This document shows, piece after piece, positions 28,636 through 37,968 of a stretch of DNA of 64,000 nucleotides. Source of the stretch: Verrucomicrobiota bacterium (GTDB lineage Bacteria; Verrucomicrobiota; Verrucomicrobiia; Limisphaerales; AAA164-E04); contig CP170459.1 in assembly GCA_047947115.1 (NCBI GenBank), positions 4,288,001-4,352,000 of the forward strand, written 5' to 3'. The notes beneath the pieces were generated by a model. The model saw only the letters and a program-made list of their open reading frames with translations, searched no databases and had not been told where the DNA came from. Position 1 is the first letter of the stretch. Each line of letters opens with the position of its first letter. Both the position numbers and the translations under genes were made by a program.

Positions 28636-30471
28636 ATGAGCGGTTTTATCGGCCCCGAATTGGTGGAGCAAATCCGGCAGGCAAGCGACATTGTCGAAGT
28701 CATCACTTCTTACATTCCGCTGAAACGGGCCGGTGTGTCTTTCAAAGCAAGGTGCCCTTTTCACAATGAAAAGACGCCGAGCTTTCATGTCAACCCGCAA
28801 CGTCAGACCTTTCATTGTTTCGGGTGCCATAAAGGCGGGGACGTGTTTACTTTCGTCCGCGAATACGAGAACCTGAGCTTCTATGAAGCCGCCGAACGAC
28901 TGGCGGATCGGGCCAAGATTGCCATTGAGGTCGTCCAGGATCCCAAAGCCTCCGAAAAGGCCGAAGCAAAAAAAATTCTCCTGAAAATCCATGAGGAACT
29001 CGCCCACCGATGGCATACGCTGTTGTTGAACGACGCACAAGGCCTTCCAGGTCGTGATTACCTGAAATCCAGAGGCGTAACGGAGGAAGCCATCAAACGT
29101 TTTCAACTGGGATATGCACCTCTCTCCTGGGACGACACACTGCGCTGGAGTCGCAGCCGCAAATATGATCCGGACCTGATCGAAAAAGCAGGCCTGATTG
29201 TCCGTAAACAGGAGGGAAAGGACTTTTACGATCGCTTTCGAGGACGTCTCATGTTTCCCATTCATGACCCACAGGGCCGGGCCATCGGATTCAGCGGCCG
29301 TGTGGTGGAGGGAGATGAAAAAGGAGCCAAGTATGTCAATTCCCCCGAAACCCTTCTATTTCGCAAAAGTGAAGTGATTTATGGTTTGGACAAGGCAAAA
29401 CGAGCCATTCTGGACGCCAAATCCGCCATCGTTTGCGAAGGTCAACTCGACCTCATCGCCTGCCACATGTCCGGTGTTAAAAACGTCGTCGCCCCTCAGG
29501 GCACCGCGCTCACAAAACGACATGCCCAGATTGTCAAACGTTACGCCGACGAGATCGTCCTGTGTTTTGACTCCGATCAGGCGGGAACAAATGCCGCTCT
29601 ACGCTCCATGGATGACTTGATCGAATCCGGTCTCAACCTGCGCGTGGCAAGTGTGCCAGCGCCGCATGATCCGGACAGCTATATCCGCGAACTCGGGGCT
29701 GATTCCTTCCGCCAACTGGTAGACAAGGCTGAAGGATTTTTTGACTTTCTATTGCAGAATCTCCGGAAGGCTCACCCTTCCGGCACCGACAAGGACCGTA
29801 TGGCCATCGTTCATGAAATGGGAAAAGCCGTCACGAAGACGGGCCATGCCGTCATGATCGACACTTATGCCCAGAAGACGGCCCATTTGCTCAACGTCGA
29901 TGTGGATTCCATTCGGGCAGAGTTCAAGCAAAGCCGAAGATCCCAACCCGAACCATCCGCTTTTGATGACGGACCTCCGATCGAAGACATCGACATACCC
30001 GAGGAACCCGTCGAGCCGTTGCCGGAATGTCCAGTGCAAGAATACTGGCTCATGAAACTGGTCCTGACAGAAGAAGAAGAAGAACCTTTGGAATGGTTGT
30101 TTGAACATTTGGATCTGCAATGGATCCGCCACCCGGTCGTGCGGGAAGTTTTGATCGCATCACTGGACGCACATGCGGAACACAAAAAACCCGATACAGG
30201 CACCATCCTCACCCAGTGCAGACGGGCGGGCGCCGATCGATTCATCACCGAAGCTGTAACCGAAGCCCGGGCCATACCCAGCAGGGATCGACAGTATGAA
30301 GAACTGGTTCGACGGTTGCGGGACAAATACATCGATCACGAAATCCTGATGAAGAAGAACCTTCTTTCATCCGAAGGGCTCAGTGATGATGATCAAATGG
30401 AAATCACCCGCGTCCTCATGGACCTCCGCCGCTTGAAAACTGAACCGTTGGGACCGATTGCCGACTCATGA
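28636..30471 (+). CDS. dnaG: DNA primase
   Basis: CPFHNEKTPSF zinc finger, DRFRGRLMFPI, KYVNSPET, TOPRIM EGQLD / FDSDQAG. Confidence 0.97.
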   Translation: MSGFIGPELVEQIRQASDIVEVITSYIPLKRAGVSFKARCPFHNEKTPSFHVNPQRQTFHCFGCHKGGDVFTFVREYENLSFYEAAERLADRAKIAIEVVQDPKASEKAEAKKILLKIHEELAHRWHTLLLNDAQGLPGRDYLKSRGVTEEAIKRFQLGYAPLSWDDTLRWSRSRKYDPDLIEKAGLIVRKQEGKDFYDRFRGRLMFPIHDPQGRAIGFSGRVVEGDEKGAKYVNSPETLLFRKSEVIYGLDKAKRAILDAKSAIVCEGQLDLIACHMSGVKNVVAPQGTALTKRHAQIVKRYADEIVLCFDSDQAGTNAALRSMDDLIESGLNLRVASVPAPHDPDSYIRELGADSFRQLVDKAEGFFDFLLQNLRKAHPSGTDKDRMAIVHEMGKAVTKTGHAVMIDTYAQKTAHLLNVDVDSIRAEFKQSRRSQPEPSAFDDGPPIEDIDIPEEPVEPLPECPVQEYWLMKLVLTEEEEEPLEWLFEHLDLQWIRHPVVREVLIASLDAHAEHKKPDTGTILTQCRRAGADRFITEAVTEARAIPSRDRQYEELVRRLRDKYIDHEILMKKNLLSSEGLSDDDQMEITRVLMDLRRLKTEPLGPIADS

Positions 30472-31413
30472 GCGGCGTCTCAACACAGCAACGAGATTAT
30501 CAGCCGCAAGCAAACCGGTGAGCACGGATTCCAAACCGTTGTAAGCCACCTTCAGCGGTGTCAGCAAAGGCGATTTCTTCAATCGATTGGTCTTTTTCAG
30601 CAATTGAGCCCGTTCCGCATCCGGAACTTCTGACCTGGGGCGCAAGGCATCCTTGATCAGTACCACTGGATTGAAGTGCATACTCGTCACCTCTTCCACC
30701 TCCCAGCCACCGATCCGATGAACCATGCGCCGCAACGCACGGGCTGAAAAGTAATTCAAATGCTCCGCCATGATATACCGGTAACAACTTCCCAGGCAAC
30801 GAATGGCCAGAGAATGCAAATTGGGAACCAGCAGGATGCAAATGCCATCCGGTTGTAGAAGGCTGGCCGCCTTGTGAAGAAATGCGTCAGGTTTCTCAAC
30901 ATGCTCCAACACAGCCCAAAAGGTGATGGCATCAAATCGCGGGCCGGAAGGTTCCCACTCCAGAAATGGTTCTCTGATCACATGGATTCCCTGACGCTCC
31001 GCCATGTTCAGAGCTCCTTGAGAAACATCCAGCCCCGTCAGGTCATAGGAACCGAACAAAGGCAGCCCTCGCAGGAATCCACCAGTGGAACAGCCCACAT
31101 CCAGAATTCGCCCCGAAGGCACCCAACGACGAAAGAGTTTCCATTCGCGTTGAAACCGGACCGGATCGTAATCGGATTGAAGTTTATCTTCGGAAAGATA
31201 AAACGATTCGGTCCGGTCTTCATAAAACTCGCCATTGACGAAGGCTATGGGCACTTCAGTGACATAAACCATACCGCAGGACTCACACTGCACAAAGCGT
31301 GTGTCCGCTTTCACCCATCTCTCAATCGATCGACTCTCCCTGCAAGCCGGGCAAGAGCGTTCGATCACCGAATGGGTTGCATCGATACCGTTTGTTTGTT
31401 TCGGTTTATCCAT
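30466..31413 (-). CDS. Class I SAM-dependent methyltransferase with N-terminal zinc ribbon
   Basis: CPAC...CESCG, ILDVGCSTG, FDAITFWAVLEH, HLNYFS. Confidence 0.85.
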   Translation of the reverse strand: MDKPKQTNGIDATHSVIERSCPACRESRSIERWVKADTRFVQCESCGMVYVTEVPIAFVNGEFYEDRTESFYLSEDKLQSDYDPVRFQREWKLFRRWVPSGRILDVGCSTGGFLRGLPLFGSYDLTGLDVSQGALNMAERQGIHVIREPFLEWEPSGPRFDAITFWAVLEHVEKPDAFLHKAASLLQPDGICILLVPNLHSLAIRCLGSCYRYIMAEHLNYFSARALRRMVHRIGGWEVEEVTSMHFNPVVLIKDALRPRSEVPDAERAQLLKKTNRLKKSPLLTPLKVAYNGLESVLTGLLAADNLVAVLRRRS

Positions 31414-31600
31414 GGCTGCCAACTTGTGAAATCCGTTTGGTGCAGATTGTCCCAAGAAAAGCCAAAAGTCGCTCAAAAAATGTTAACATCCCGACGAATC
31501 TGTTTGCCTAAGCTCGACAAATCCACCAGCATGCGATCACGTCTAAACCTAAACCAAAGAACCCTCAAACAACGCGACGCCATCGCTGAATCAGAAACAT

Positions 31601-32524
31601 ATGAGCACACCCTCCGACACCCCATCCGAACCCATGGACAACCAGGTAATGGAAGAATGGGATGAATTTGTAAAGGAACGATATCCGGAACCACCCAAAA
31701 CCAGTTCGGCAGCCGAAGACCCTACTGATTTCAACCCGACCGATCCCAACAAAAAGGAGGAAGCATTCCGTAACTACGCGGAAACCGTGCGCCCGAGCGT
31801 CCGCAGGTTCTACGAAGAAAACCACACGAAGCAAACCTACGACTTCGTGCGGGAAAAGAAGGGAACATTCACCCAATTCAACCGAAAGAAAATGGGGATT
31901 TGGGAAGCGGCGGAGTATTTAAACACCCTGGTGGACGACAGTGATCCGGACACCAACCTTTCCCAGTTGCAACACCTGCTGCAGACATCCGAAGAAATCC
32001 GCAAAGACGGCAGACCACGCTGGATGATTTTGAGCGGGTTCATTCATGATCTGGGCAAAATCCTGTGCCTTTACGGAGAACCCCAATGGGCCGTGGTGGG
32101 AGACACTTTTCCGGTAGGATGCGCCTTCTCGGACAAAATTGTGTTTCCTGAATTTTTCGACAAAAACCCCGACCGCAACAACCCGGAACTCAACACCAAG
32201 TTCGGTGTCTATGAAGAAAACTGTGGTCTGGACGCGGTAAACCTGTCCTGGGGCCACGACGAATACATCTACCAGGTCGCAAAACCCTACCTTCCCATCG
32301 AAGGCCTTTACATGTTGCGATACCACTCCTTTTACCCCTGGCATCGCGAAGGAGAATACGATCACCTCTGCAATGACACCGATCGTGAGATGCTCAAATG
32401 GGTGTTGGACTTCAACAAATACGACCTCTACACCAAAAGCCACACCGCCCCCGACCCGGTCGCATTGAAACCCTATTACGAAGACCTCATCGCGGAATTC
32501 TTCCCTGACAAACTAGATTGGTAG
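31601..32524 (+). CDS. myo-inositol oxygenase (MIOX family)
   Basis: LVDDSDPD, HLLQTSE, IHDLGK, PQWAVVGDTFPVGC, SWGHDEY, RYHSFYPWH, DLYTKS. Confidence 0.92.
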   Translation: MSTPSDTPSEPMDNQVMEEWDEFVKERYPEPPKTSSAAEDPTDFNPTDPNKKEEAFRNYAETVRPSVRRFYEENHTKQTYDFVREKKGTFTQFNRKKMGIWEAAEYLNTLVDDSDPDTNLSQLQHLLQTSEEIRKDGRPRWMILSGFIHDLGKILCLYGEPQWAVVGDTFPVGCAFSDKIVFPEFFDKNPDRNNPELNTKFGVYEENCGLDAVNLSWGHDEYIYQVAKPYLPIEGLYMLRYHSFYPWHREGEYDHLCNDTDREMLKWVLDFNKYDLYTKSHTAPDPVALKPYYEDLIAEFFPDKLDW

Positions 32525-32552
32525 TATTGATCGTCAAATCGTTTTAAGAAGA

Positions 32553-32585
32553 AAGAATGGCCCGGAAACGGCCCGTTCTTTTTTT
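32553..32585 (+). terminator. Probable intrinsic terminator after MIOX
   Basis: AAGAATGGCCCG-GAAA-CGGCCCGTTCTT (imperfect stem) plus T-run. Confidence 0.55.
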
Positions 32586-32589
32586 ATGG

Positions 32590-32853
32590 TCACACCTTTT
32601 TCCGCTTGAACCATTGGCGAACATGACCTCGGGGCACCGACTGCCAGGCACGTTCATGGAAGTAATAAATCAGGAACTTGCTGGGAAACTCGATCGCACC
32701 AACAATCAGAGCTGTCTTCACCTCCCCAGTGGTACGCCACGCGATCAACACCGTGGTCAACGTAGCGATGATACGCCACGAGATCCCCTTGAGGATGCTC
32801 CTTACATGTGATTCCCTGATATTTTCAACAGCTGCGCTCATATTTGTGCTCAT
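32590..32853 (-). CDS. DUF2061-domain small membrane protein
   Basis: ESHVRSILKGISWRIIATLTT...KFLIYYFHERAW. Confidence 0.8.
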   Translation of the reverse strand: MSTNMSAAVENIRESHVRSILKGISWRIIATLTTVLIAWRTTGEVKTALIVGAIEFPSKFLIYYFHERAWQSVPRGHVRQWFKRKKV

Positions 32854-33091
32854 TGTTTCATAGGATAGCCGAATTCGCCATCGCATGAGAACAAGCTACG
32901 ACCGCTTACTTAAGTTATCAAGGTATTTTACTTATCTTTATAGACGTCCGCACCGGTGTTTGTATCCGTTTAGGTTGAGAAAATTACTTAACTACAACTT
33001 GGTTAGTTAGTAAGGAGGAACACATGGGACATATCAGAAGCCCCAACATCTATACTCCATGCAGATAACAAGGAGGCAAGCAATCGTCATT

Positions 33092-33219
33092 TACCAACAC
33101 CTGGATCATGCGCTGGACGACGACCTGTTTCTGTCGACACTCGATTATCGGTTCAAATTTCATCATATGCTCCAAATCACAACGGCGGTGGCCAGTTGCC
33201 TGCACCACCTTTGTCGGAC
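33092..33219 (-). repeat. attC site (degenerate R'')
   Basis: Minus strand GTCCGAC AAAGGTGGTGCAGGCAACTGGCC...GATCCAGGT GTTGGTA; ~50-nt core shared with 34684 and 35317. Confidence 0.7.
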
Positions 33220-33221
33220 CC

Positions 33222-33476
33222 CTATTTGAGCAATCTGTCATACTCATTATGATGGCCAATCCAGAACCAATAAAAATCGCCGTCTTTCGGATAACAAAGT
33301 GCTCGATATTCCAAATTAATTCGGACAGACCAAAACCGTCCTACCTTCTTGAACTGGAGAGATGGGTGATTCGGGTCTTTCAACCAAAGTAAAAATTGCT
33401 TTCGAGCGGTTCTTTGAATCTCTGGAGGCAACCCAGCGTAATACCCCCAGAACTTACTGGTGGTCCACGATTTCAT
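33222..33476 (-). CDS. RelE/ParE-superfamily toxin
   Basis: FW..Y..LP.EIQ..ARK, PNHPSLQFKKV, WSVRI, WFWIGHHNEYDRL. Confidence 0.85.
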   Translation of the reverse strand: MKSWTTSKFWGYYAGLPPEIQRTARKQFLLWLKDPNHPSLQFKKVGRFWSVRINLEYRALCYPKDGDFYWFWIGHHNEYDRLLK

Positions 33477-33672
33477 TAAGGGGCTTTATTATACCTTTTT
33501 CGATATCGAATTCGATTTCCCCTATGAGGTGGTCCAGTCGACCAGCTTCCGAATCAGCCTCGATCTGTCTATCCCACTGAGCCATATCAAAATCAGCAAA
33601 CCACTTGCGAAAAGTGTTCAACTCCTCCGGAGTGAATGCCGAGACAGCTTGTTCTACTTCTTCGATGCTCAT
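33454..33672 (-). CDS. Putative cognate antitoxin
   Basis: Small acidic protein (FRKWFADFD..QWDRQIEADSEAGRLD) overlapping the toxin start. Confidence 0.75.
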   Translation of the reverse strand: MSIEEVEQAVSAFTPEELNTFRKWFADFDMAQWDRQIEADSEAGRLDHLIGEIEFDIEKGIIKPLNEIVDHQ

Positions 33673-33720
33673 TACTGCAACCTACATAAAGTCCCAGAAA
33701 AATCAAACTTTCCCAGGCAA

Positions 33721-33764
33721 TAGCTGAACGGCTGGCTCCCGTTCGCTGGATCGTCTGGTTCGCC
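33721..33764 (-). repeat. Truncated attC (left arm only)
   Basis: Minus strand GGCGAAC CAGACGATCCAGCGAACGGGAGCCAGCCGTTCAGC; no matching GTT arm follows. Confidence 0.55.
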
Positions 33765-33798
33765 ATCCCCTCCATCGTGCCCCGCGAAAGGCCGAATC

Positions 33799-34650
33799 TC
33801 ACCCGACTGCCATGAACCCAGAGCGATCAACCGCTTGTTCGGAGAATAATCGACATCCGATGGAAATGGGACCTAATATACCTCCAAACGCTGGCCTGTC
33901 ACCGCACAATAGTGTAAGATACAATCCTTTTGCACTGAGGCGAGGAAACTGCATACTGGCAGAAGCACAGCTCTGACCCGGAACCTCCAATGGTCACGCG
34001 AGCCCGCCACAGCAGCCTGGCCGAGGGCAGCTCATAGACGTGACGATCCTGCGGAGGAGCGCCGAACAGAACCGCGAGTCGCGATCCATCTTCGGAAGCG
34101 GCTGATGCGCAATTGAAAGGAAGCTGAATGCCAAGTCTGGAAGGCGAACAATCCGAGAATGGCCAAGTCCAAATAGTAAAGTAGCCGTCCGCAGGGGGCT
34201 GATCACCCGTCGTTGCCTTGGGCGAGTGTTCGATGATCCAGACAGTACCGCTGCGCACCGAGTGAACTCGGCAGAGCATCTCTCCCGCGTACTCCCGGCG
34301 GTGATGGACCTTTCCGGTGGACGCATCGCGCACTTTCAGAAACACATCCCACGAATCGTCCACAATGAAATGCCCGCAATCCTAAAAGCGTAGATTGATC
34401 CCTTCACCCTCCGCATCGTTCTAGAAATCTTTCCGTACTTCGCCACTATCCCAAGTCAGAGTCACAATCTGGCCGGATGTGCTCTTGACAGCGATCATGT
34501 CACCCTTGGGCGAAAACGCAGCGTCGGAGGGGTTAGAAAAGGGATGCGCTCGCCATGTCTTCTTGCGCGATGCGATGTCCCAAAGGCTACTGTCCCGCGC
34601 CAATGTGATGTTGTTCCGCACCGGCTGAAACCAACAGCATAACTGCTTTT
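33799..34650 (-). pseudogene. Degraded WD40/beta-propeller cassette gene
   Basis: SLWDIASRK, AAFSPKGDMIAV, KVRDASTGK, SEDGSRLAV in one frame broken by TAG at 34421 and 34382; ends approximate. Confidence 0.6.
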
Positions 34651-34683
34651 GACCTTTACTGGGCACACGGGCATCAGTCTTTT

Positions 34684-34810
34684 GGCGAACGTCGAGGCCT
34701 GGCGCTGACCTGTAAACCGACCTGGCAATGCTCATGAAAAGTTACAAATTTCATCATATGCTTCAAATCACAGCGGTGATGGCCAGTTGCCTGCACCGCC
34801 CTGGGTAGGC
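34684..34810 (-). repeat. attC site
   Basis: Minus strand GCCTACC CAGGGCGGTGCAGGCAACTGGCC...GGTCAGCGCCAGGCCTCGAC GTTCGCC. Confidence 0.75.
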
Positions 34811-34815
34811 CATCC

Positions 34816-35004
34816 TCAATTATCTTCGCTTGAGGTAAGACGCCGAATAATTCTTTTGGCGAGGATCTCATTAACCTCTCGGTGCCGAGGTATCGGCTCC
34901 GATCTGCCATTCTTCGGGTTGTGGTAGATGTCATGCCTGCCACCATGGCGAAGCAAAATACAGCCCGACTCCTATAACTGACGAATAAGGTCGAGCCGTT
35001 TCAC
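34816..35004 (-). pseudogene. hicA: HicA-family toxin with premature amber stop (absent from ORF track)
   Basis: GTG start: MKRLDLIRQL*ESGCILLRHGGRHDIYHNPKNGRSEPIPRHREVNEILAKRIIRRL; TAG at 34972-34974. Confidence 0.85.
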
Positions 35005-35192
35005 GCAATCTCCAATTCCTCTACTTTTCTGATTCCAGGAATCTGCTCCGAGCCGAAGGTCTGGTATAGGTCGCGTAAATGATCTTTTAGATCATCCAGG
35101 TTCTCTCCTTGCGTCCAATGATCAGGGTAATCGTTCAAATACCCCAAGAAACGACCATCGCTTTCTTTCCAATACGTAAAGCATGGTTTCAT
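35001..35192 (-). CDS. hicB: HicB-family antitoxin
   Basis: YWKESDGRFLGYLNDYPDHWTQGENLDDLKDHLRDLY; GTGA overlap with hicA. Confidence 0.8.
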   Translation of the reverse strand: MKPCFTYWKESDGRFLGYLNDYPDHWTQGENLDDLKDHLRDLYQTFGSEQIPGIRKVEELEIA

Positions 35193-35316
35193 ATTGTCCA
35201 ATCTTGCAAATCTCGGCTCATTTGGCCAGCCCTTACTTGCGGTAAAAAACGTCCGACAGCCGCTGTCCAATCTCAGCACAAACATACCCACCCACAGCAC
35301 CGACGAAAATGTTGCC

Positions 35317-35441
35317 GCATAAAGCGAGGTCAGGCACTGGCCTGTAAGCCGACCTGACGATACTTAGTTAAAGGTTCATATTTCATCATATGCTCCAAAT
35401 CACAGAGGCGGTGGCCAGTTGCCTGCACTTCTTTGTTCGCC
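35317..35441 (-). repeat. attC site (R' GTT mutated to TTT)
   Basis: Minus strand GGCGAAC AAAGAAGTGCAGGCAACTGGCC...GGCCAGTGCCTGACCTCGC TTTATGC. Confidence 0.75.
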
Positions 35442-35442
35442 T

Positions 35443-35706
35443 TCAATCTCTGTAAACGTCTTTCCGATGCCCAACCTTGATCACCTCGATAATGAGGCAG
35501 TGGCCTTGAACATCGTAAAGAATCCGGTAGTCGCCCACTCGAATCCTGTAGCTTCGCTCGCTCCCTGAAAGCTTGACGCACCCTGTTGGAAATGGATCTT
35601 CCGCCAAGGATTCTACAGCAGCGATGATCCTGACAACATCTGTAGAAGGGATGCGGCGCAGATCCTTCCGAGTGGATCGTCGCCACTCAAGCCGGTAGGA
35701 GGCCAT
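35443..35706 (-). CDS. relE: RelE/ParE-family toxin
   Basis: LAEDPFPTGCVKLSGSERSYRIRVGDYRILY...VGHRKDVYR. Confidence 0.9.
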   Translation of the reverse strand: MASYRLEWRRSTRKDLRRIPSTDVVRIIAAVESLAEDPFPTGCVKLSGSERSYRIRVGDYRILYDVQGHCLIIEVIKVGHRKDVYRD

Positions 35707-35875
35707 CGTGCTTCAACTCCTGGATAAACTCCTCGTGAGATATCGTCGGTTCGTTGCGACGCTCGGCGATGGCAGCCAAGTCCCCCAGATCCTCGAGCAA
35801 CTTCTCATACTGGTCAATTGGCAGCACAACCGCTGTCCTCCTTCCAGTGTTATCTGTAACGTACTGAGCATCCAT
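35687..35875 (-). CDS. Cognate antitoxin
   Basis: QYVTDNTGRRTAVVLPIDQYEKLLEDLGDLAAIAERRNEPTIS; overlaps the toxin start. Confidence 0.8.
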   Translation of the reverse strand: MDAQYVTDNTGRRTAVVLPIDQYEKLLEDLGDLAAIAERRNEPTISHEEFIQELKHDGLLPA

Positions 35876-35929
35876 ATCATTGAGCTACCATAGTTTATTC
35901 ATTTTGTCGAGAAGGGGATCATCCATTGT

Positions 35930-36056
35930 GGCGAACGACCAGGATCACCGACCGCCGCCGGGAGCGCACGCTGGCTGCGAATCCAGCATCCGGTTTTCCG
36001 GGGCATCCGAAACAGAGGCGTGGGGCGGCGGTTCGTGTGCATCCGCTCGTTAGGCG
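35930..36056 (-). repeat. attC site (intact-looking)
   Basis: Minus strand GCCTAAC GAGCGGATGCACACGAACCGCCGCC...GGCGGCGGTCGGTGATCCTGGTC GTTCGCC. Confidence 0.85.
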
Positions 36057-36077
36057 CTCACAGGGAGATAATATGGA

Positions 36078-37619
36078 TCATTCACGCTTCGTCGCAACTT
36101 CCAGCACCCTGTCCCGGCCCGTACGGATATCCTCAATCGTTTTCTCTACCACAATATCGGGCTCGATTCCTTTCCCTGGCGTGAAAGCCTTGTAGGAAGT
36201 GGTGGTCCAAAGCAATGGCACACGAACGCGAATGGTCGATTCAGGAAGTGACAGAAAAGCGATGACGCCACCTGTGGGGCCCTCTGCGCTGCCCCCGGTT
36301 AACTCACCGACCAGCGTCGCCGTTCGCTCGTCACGCAACTCCGCCAGCAATACCGTAGCCCCGGATTCGTTGTTCGGCCCAATCAGAACCGTCAGAGAGC
36401 CCTTCCAGGCATCGGGAGCTGGTTCAACTTGGCGAGTACCTCCAGTGACCTCCGGGCTGACCGTGTACATCCCGGTATCATCCTCGACGAAGAGGGACGC
36501 GGGCATATTAAAGACGTTTTCGTCCCACGTGCTTAGGTACCGGCGAAAGGCATCGAACTGATAGGTCTTGACGCGTGACGGCCCACCAACAGTAATCGGC
36601 TTGTCTATCAGGTGCCGGAGAAGGCTGTTCATGACGTCGTCGGAACCGCCCCCCACCGAACGGAAGTCCAGAACGAGTCGATCAACGCCTGAGTCTCCGA
36701 TTTCCCGAAAGACAGGACCAAAGACGCTTTCAGGATCTATCGGTGTTCGGTAGTTCACAAAGGTATTGATATTCAACACCGCAGTGTTGCCAACCCGGCT
36801 CCACGAAACAGCAGCTTTGTCGCTGAAGTTCGACTGTGCCCGTCCGATACCGCGCACAGCATTGGAAACCTCTGTGCCGACGGCTGAAACACGCGTTTGT
36901 CGCAGATGGCCATCGGTGCCCCGAACCGAGAGGCCAAACGAACTCGAGAAACCGTGCATTAGTGGATAAAAAACGTCGAAGGTCGTGAGGCCGATGTCGT
37001 CACTTCCCGAAAATATCGAGGCTTTCGTGTAGTCTGTAAAACCATCGACCGAAATGTATGGGATTGTAGCTTCATACAGATCCTGCATGGGTCGACCGTC
37101 CACTTCGATCGATTCATCCCCTGCCAGAATGCCAGTGACTTCAGGTGCTACTCCAGTCACAATCGCTTTGCCTCCGATCCACGCGAAGGCCACGGGCAGC
37201 ATGCTGGCGTGTTTATTCCTCCACTCCAGCATCTGCGGTGGCAACTCGGCCTCCGTATGCTCGCACCTTATCGCTGCTAAAAACTTGCTGACGGTGAGAT
37301 ACATCTCACCCGTATTTCGAGCATCAGTTGCCGCCGCGAGAAATGCCTGTTCAGCAGCAGTGACATCGGCAGCAGTCCGATATCGCATGTACCCGGGATG
37401 GATGCCTCTCAGCACGCTAATCAACAACTGCGCATCCCGGCCGGTTTGCTCGATGGTAAGGGGCGAGGTGGGTCGGCTTTCGTCAATTTCCTGACCAAAG
37501 AGGCAACAGCACGATAGTCTTACTTCGATCACTAACCCGGATATTTCATCAAAACCAGAAATACCCACAAATTGGTTTTCATTATAGCTCAAGGATGAGT
37601 TTGGAGAGGTCAGACGCAC
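36078..37619 (-). CDS. S41-family peptidase cassette (N-terminus probably damaged)
   Basis: PDZ-like segment, LVLDFRSVGGGS, VLIGPNNESGA, LVGELTGG, GIEPDI; a signal-like MKTNLWVFLVL lies in another frame at 37582. Confidence 0.75.
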   Translation of the reverse strand: MRLTSPNSSLSYNENQFVGISGFDEISGLVIEVRLSCCCLFGQEIDESRPTSPLTIEQTGRDAQLLISVLRGIHPGYMRYRTAADVTAAEQAFLAAATDARNTGEMYLTVSKFLAAIRCEHTEAELPPQMLEWRNKHASMLPVAFAWIGGKAIVTGVAPEVTGILAGDESIEVDGRPMQDLYEATIPYISVDGFTDYTKASIFSGSDDIGLTTFDVFYPLMHGFSSSFGLSVRGTDGHLRQTRVSAVGTEVSNAVRGIGRAQSNFSDKAAVSWSRVGNTAVLNINTFVNYRTPIDPESVFGPVFREIGDSGVDRLVLDFRSVGGGSDDVMNSLLRHLIDKPITVGGPSRVKTYQFDAFRRYLSTWDENVFNMPASLFVEDDTGMYTVSPEVTGGTRQVEPAPDAWKGSLTVLIGPNNESGATVLLAELRDERTATLVGELTGGSAEGPTGGVIAFLSLPESTIRVRVPLLWTTTSYKAFTPGKGIEPDIVVEKTIEDIRTGRDRVLEVATKRE

Positions 37620-37968
37620 CAGGCTATAGTCTTTGAGATTCCCAATAGGCAGTTACTGTGCATATTACATTTTCTTCATGCATGCTCCGTTCCACATTGC
37701 TTCGCGTCTTTGCGGCTCCGCGCCTTAGCGATAAAAACAGGCAATCATTGAGAACTGAGGAGCCTGTAAAAAGGTTCCATGCAAGTTTCGATCGCGTATA
37801 AGAGTATTGCGTTATCCTGACGCGCATTCGACTTATCGGTAGAACTCTCCCCTTCATTGTCTAAAAAGGGAACTGCTCCCCTCCCCCACCTGAAAAGGGC
37901 AAATAGTTGCAATTCAGTGGCGGGATGGCATGATGTCGTGCCCGCTTCTTGCGGAGCAATACAAGCAT

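Larger units (their letters stand above)
33092..37619 (-). mobile_element. Integron cassette array without an integrase in the window (CALIN)
   Basis: Co-oriented short minus-strand genes each followed by a ~125-bp attC-like imperfect inverted repeat; TA modules and pseudogenes. Confidence 0.8.

Noticed and set aside
31601..32524. PhnZ phosphonate oxygenase linked to the phn genes
   Set aside because: Length and motifs match MIOX proper, and it lies ~20 kb from phnAY
33050..35686. Small ORFs sharing VQATGHRRCDLEHMMK (33050, 34674, 35330)
   Set aside because: They are translations of the shared attC core, not a protein family
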